From: Glycera tridactyla
Taxonomy: Eukaryota
Reading direction: 5' to 3'
Length of the DNA stretch: 64,000 bases
Assembly: GCA_965644265.1 (NCBI GenBank)
Contig: OZ286471.1
Span: 25,358,001-25,422,000, forward strand
The notes under the pieces were generated by a model. The model saw only the letters and a program-made list of their open reading frames with translations. It was not told the origin of the DNA and made no database searches. Shown here piece after piece: positions 59,089-64,000 of the stretch (positions within the stretch are counted from its first letter, which is position 1; each line of letters begins with the position of its first letter). The position numbers were made by a program, and so were the translations under genes.

Positions 59089-61359
59089 GGTGTACGTAAT
59101 CCTCACTATATAGTCACAAAAGTTCCCCCGCTCGTTGAGATTACGTCCTCTCCTCGCACATGCTCATTAGTCAAAAAATGATAGGTGTAGATAAATATGT
59201 TTCAAGAGAAAGGGACAGGTGAAGTGGGAGATAGTCAGTGTCAATACAAAACGGATGGCATAGTAACTAATTACATATATACATTTGGTATACTGTTCCG
59301 AACTATTGAAACACTATATCGAAAATTACGTTGTCCTTTTTTTCAGTCTAGTTAGAGATATGTTCGCCATGCCAGTTGTGTTCGATCTAGTGATTCTTTG
59401 ATGCCCTGTTTTCATCAAGTGTATTGAATACGGGAGAGGCAACATGTTTCTCCCTCCTGTCAATAAGTATGTCTTTCAACAAAAAGTTTGCAATATTGTA
59501 TCCACTGTAGAATATGAACATCTCTTTGTATGAATTGTCATGAACTATGTCAAAGCAGTCGAATACAGGGGCAACTATCATCACACAAGTGGTACATTTT
59601 CAGTGAAGTATCGGGTGTCAAGTAACAAATGTGATACTTCACAGCAGGGTGAAAACTACTTTTGGGTGATTTAAATCCTAATCCATGCGATGAAAGCAAG
59701 AATATATGGCCGTGAGATAAAAACGCAATACCAAACTTGATTTGAATTTAGCAATCCAATTCGAATTCAATAGCGAACTTCTCACCTCGTTTGCTATTAC
59801 ATTTTTACTTCACAGCCATATATTCCTGCTATAATGTCTCATAGAGAAATCAGGCGGTATCTGGGGCAATAATTGAGTTCTTCACTGTTGTTTTGCATTT
59901 AATTTGGTTTGCATGAGAATGCGAGATGTTGATCTAGTAGTACTAAATATTCAAATGCTGACACCCTTTTAACTACGTTACCCATGTCTTCGACCACTGC
60001 AGTGCTCGATGGTTCAAGCGACCTTTTGGTGTCGGAAACGCACTTGGTTTTACTCTTATTTAACAGCCGATTTGACTTGAACAACCCACAAATAAATTTG
60101 ATGAACCATCCACACTAAATTCGCTATAGGGTGTTTTTGTTAAATTCAATTCAGGTAAATAAAAACTTCAACTGATGTTTTCAAACAGATCTTGGTATTG
60201 TTGTTACTGGAGAACGATTCGCGACAGACAGGCGTCACAAAAAAAGCAAACCGACTCCAGTCATTCAAAGGACTTCAAATTCGTTCAACCATAGGTAGTT
60301 TGAACAAAATTGCTCCATCTATCGGACACCTTTATGTTAAGTTCTCATGTCGGGATGTGCTAAAGTTGACAGAGAAGACTTCACAGAATCGTCACCCTGT
60401 GCTGGGTCTCATACCAAAATGTTTCATAATTGCAAGTGAACCCTACAGAGAACTATCTAACTGGCTCTACTGCTAGAATATTCTAGAGTCATCAATGTGA
60501 TATAGATGAAGGTGTGTCTGAATTGTCGGCTAATTTTACATGCCATACTCCCCTTTNNNNNNNNNNNNNNNNNNNNNNNNNNNNNNNNNNNNNNNNNNNN
60601 NNNNNNNNNNNNNNNNNNNNNNNNNNNNNNNNNNNNNNNNNNNNNNNNNNNNNNNNNNNNNNNNNNNNNNNNNNNNNNNNNNNNNNNNNNNNNNNNNNNN
60701 NNNNNNNNNNNNNNNNNNNNNNNNNNNNNNNNNNNNNNNNNNNNNNNNNNNNNNNNNNNNNNNNNNNNNNNNNNNNNNNNNNNNNNNNNNNNNNNNNNNN
60801 NNNNNNNNNNNNNNNNNNNNNNNNNNNNNNNNNNNNNNNNNNNNNNNNNNNNNNNNNNNNNNNNNNNNNNNNNNNNNNNNNNNNNNNNNNNNNNNNNNNN
60901 NNNNNNNNNNNNNNNNNNNNNNNNNNNNNNNNNNNNNNNNNNNNNNNNNNNNNNNNNNNNNNNNNNNNNNNNNNNNNNNNNNNNNNNNNNNNNNNNNNNN
61001 NNNNNNNTGGTTGATATTGTGATACTAACCCCAAAATGTAGACTTCCAGGTGCAAAGAGCAGCGAAAATCATACCATGTCTTGATTCATGTACAGAAATG
61101 TGAAGAAAAAGATGATTTCGTCATATGGTAATATCTAACCAATTATCGATTCTCACGCAAATACCCCATTTGACATGATGAAATATAAGGGTGGCTTCAG
61201 AACGTCCAAAATAGAGCGCTGATTCTTGTATGACACGCGGGCGTCAATATGGGGGTCACGTGACTGCGTGTCAGATGACTTGGTTAATTGGTCGCCTGAC
61301 TGGGCTAATTAGATTTCTCTGAACAAGTTTCCTGATGGCAGTTATGATGATGGTTGGGT

Positions 61360-61545
61360 GGGTGGATGAGTGTAGGTAGGTGGGTAGGTGTGTAGGTGGG
61401 TGGATAGGTAGGTAAGTAGGTAGGTTGATAGGTAGGTAGGTAGGTAGGTAGGTAGGTAGGTAGGTAGGTAGGTAGGTAGGTGGGTAGGTAGGTAAGTAGG
61501 TAGGTAGGTATGTGGGTAGGTACGCACGTAGGTAAACAGGCAGGT
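61360..61545. repeat. (TAGG)n microsatellite
   Basis: Direct inspection; it produces the spurious LPTY ORFs. Confidence 0.9.
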
Positions 61546-61912
61546 ATGCAGACAGCCACACAAGCAGCCAGACGGGTTAGTCATACGTGTGGTTGTGCAA
61601 TGGTTATTTAAATCTCAGCTCGCACATTAACAAGATCTGTGGCCGTCAGTGCACCTAGAATGCTTATTTCTAGCCTTGCCGACCGTTTCAGTACATTGAT
61701 GATCGAGGACTTCACCTCCCATGTGGTATCAGACAGTTAATATGTTTTAGAGGAGATATGACCAGTAGCATGTTCCTGTATCACTGATGCGCTTTGCGAA
61801 CAAAAAATGCATTGCTATCAGGCCAGCTATATAGTTTGATCTGCCATCATAGGTTTATTATGTATATGTTCAGATTAGGTAGAGGTGTGTTTGAACTGTC
61901 AGCTACTTCCAC

Positions 61913-62070
61913 TTGACAACCTTTCAGGTTCCCCATCATCTTGTGTTCAGGATTTGTGAGAGTGATGTCTGTAGGGGAGAGAGCATCTAGCTTTCATTGA
62001 TCAGGAACACACGGCATAAATATTCCTGTGGGTTGATACATGCCGTTAAACCTCAAACAAACAAACAAAC
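61913..62070 (+). mobile_element. (CAAA)n-tailed retroposon 3' end (second copy)
   Basis: Inverted match to 37738-37904. Confidence 0.7.
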
Positions 62071-62731
62071 TGTATCACTGAATGGTGAATACGTATTTAT
62101 GTATTAACCACAAATGACATATAGAGGTCGATCATTCCATCATCAGACGATGAATACCCATAGGGTATATGTAGGTGGTAACCTATGCCGTTTCTCATAC
62201 CATTATAATGCTACTCAACTTTCGCAAAAGATGGTAATAGTCATTCGTGCCCGGTGTGTACTCTGGATTCCAAGATGGATATTCGTTATCTGCTCATTAA
62301 AATGAAGGTCGGCTCATTCACTTTGTGCTGGCTTCATTACAGACTTCATTACTGCAACTTGTCTAATTTAGGAAGAGTGGATGTATTCTTATTGCCTTCT
62401 CTGTTGGACGTTAGATTGTATTTAAAACAGAAAAATCATTCTGAATCATTTCTCAAACTGTTTTTTCTCATCCATTGTCGTCCCTGATGTTCCTTNNNNN
62501 NNNNNNNNNNNNNNNNNNNNNNNNNNNNNNNNNNNNNNNNNNNNNNNNNNNNNNNNNNNNNNNNNNNNNNNNNNNNNNNNNNNNNNNNNNNNNNNNNNNN
62601 NNNNNNNNNNNNNNNNNNNNNNNNNNNNNNNNNNNNNNNNNNNNNNNNNNNNNNNNNNNNNNNNNNNNNNNNNNNNNNNNNNNNNNNNNNNNNNNNNNNN
62701 NNNNNNNNNNNNNNNNNNNNNNNNNNNNNNN

Positions 62732-62899
62732 NTCTGCAGCTCGGATGCCCTTGATGATCCCTCTCCACACATCCCTATTGACTATTGCAGACTGTAGCTC
62801 TGTGGTATTGATGCAGCCGGTGTCTTTCTTCAACAGCTTGATGTATATGAGCTGTGGCCTTTCCCGTGTCATCATGCCGTGAGTTGGCTTCAATAGCAT
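62732..62899 (-). pseudogene. RTE-clade LINE C-terminal fragment
   Basis: LLKPTHGMMTRERPQLIYIKLLKKDTG...ELQSAIVNRDVWRGII resembles the RTE ORF end motif (W.P.HG.R.RGRP...Y...L..DTG......AM.DR..WR). Confidence 0.65.
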
Positions 62900-64000
62900 G
62901 CTGGGTAGCAGCCTATATTTCTAATACAGACATATGATAAAAGAGAATATGGTCCATCATTCCAGACGATGAGTGCCCAAAATCCATTCCCAACAATCGG
63001 ATGAGTTGGATCCTGAATCAGCCTGTAGATCGCTGAGATGAAATTGATATCTCCAGCATTTGCAACTCGATGAGGAGCTTCTCTATTCCATCTCTTGCAT
63101 CAGATCTGGAATTTTCCGAACGAGCTTTTTCACTTTCCAGAAATAATTCGGGGCTTATCGCCAAAATGTTTCAGGCCTCGAGGCAAGTGTCAACTAGGAA
63201 ATGTCATCTATATGCATGATATATGATAATGTCTGTGAGAGATACTGACCAGGGATCTCGATATAGCACACGAAGATAGGTCCAGGCTTCTCGATCCTCT
63301 TTATACACAATCCATGACAAGTAGTACATTCATATCCAGCGAGGATATATCAAAGATGCTTCTGGTGTTAGGTGATGATACGTCTACAAATCCTCTCTCG
63401 CTATGTAGGGAGACTTCACATACGCACTGGCTTGGCATCAGTGAGAATACAAGGTTATAGTGACACCTTCACCACAACCCCACCAAGGCAATCTCTGATA
63501 TCTACAAGTTGTACCGGGACCTTTTCGTTGGGAGCCCTTGATGTGTCGAGTACATGCAGTACAGATGAGAGACGAGTTGAATTCCAGTCATCGGATTTAT
63601 TCCTCCAACCAATACTACATGGTTACAGCATGGCTTTGAGGAGGGTTGAGGAGCGCGACCAAGTTCCCAGCAAAACGACCAGCTGCTGACAAATGCCCAA
63701 GGTGTGATCCGCTGCTCAACTCTCCTTCACACATATTTATAGGATGGTTTAGCAACCACCTGACATTACAAAAGTACCTATAATTGGATATTACCTAACC
63801 ATAATCCGCCGTTGGAGGGCGCTGGCAACCTGTGTTTCACAACCACTTTACAACATGGCGACCGGAACTTGTCCATAAAATGTCGCGGTTATTGCACAAT
63901 CTACTCGTGGTTGTTGTCATAGCTTCTGTGTTAGATAATCCTAATTAATGTGTTTTAAACTGTCAAGTCGACCCATTCTGGGATTCCCCGACGTCTGGTG

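Larger units (their letters stand above)
50568..59180 (-). mobile_element. LINE B: decayed three-ORF non-LTR retrotransposon with the same layout as LINE A
   Basis: ORF1 (broken), SGNH ORF, APE-RT (broken), 3' UTR ending in a (TTTGAA)n tail at ~50568-50600. The 5' end is approximate. Confidence 0.9.

Overview
Repeat-rich animal (invertebrate-like) genomic DNA. The N blocks look like masked low-complexity sequence rather than true gaps. The host gene is a plus-strand class C GPCR (metabotropic glutamate receptor-like): two consecutive exons (18160-18301 and 39109-39251) splice in frame across a ~20.8-kb intron. Four large retroelements lie on the minus strand. (A) A near-intact LINE at ~4180-12730 with three ORFs: L1-type ORF1, a free-standing SGNH-hydrolase ORF, and APE-RT ORF2. 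(B) A decayed, divergent LINE with the same three-ORF layout at ~50568-59180. (C) An RTEX-like LINE at ~39605-45290 embedded in (TAG)n. (D) A full-length but mutated DIRS1-type tyrosine-recombinase retrotransposon at 26015-33018 with ITRs and ICR. The most unusual signal is in element A: between the SGNH ORF and the RT ORF is an array of nine ~35-nt repeats separated by unique 36-87-nt spacers (8286-9083). Every well-preserved unit folds on the element's sense strand into the same bulged hairpin, with compensatory base changes. The rest of the window is MITEs, SINEs, LINE 3' ends and micro/minisatellites.
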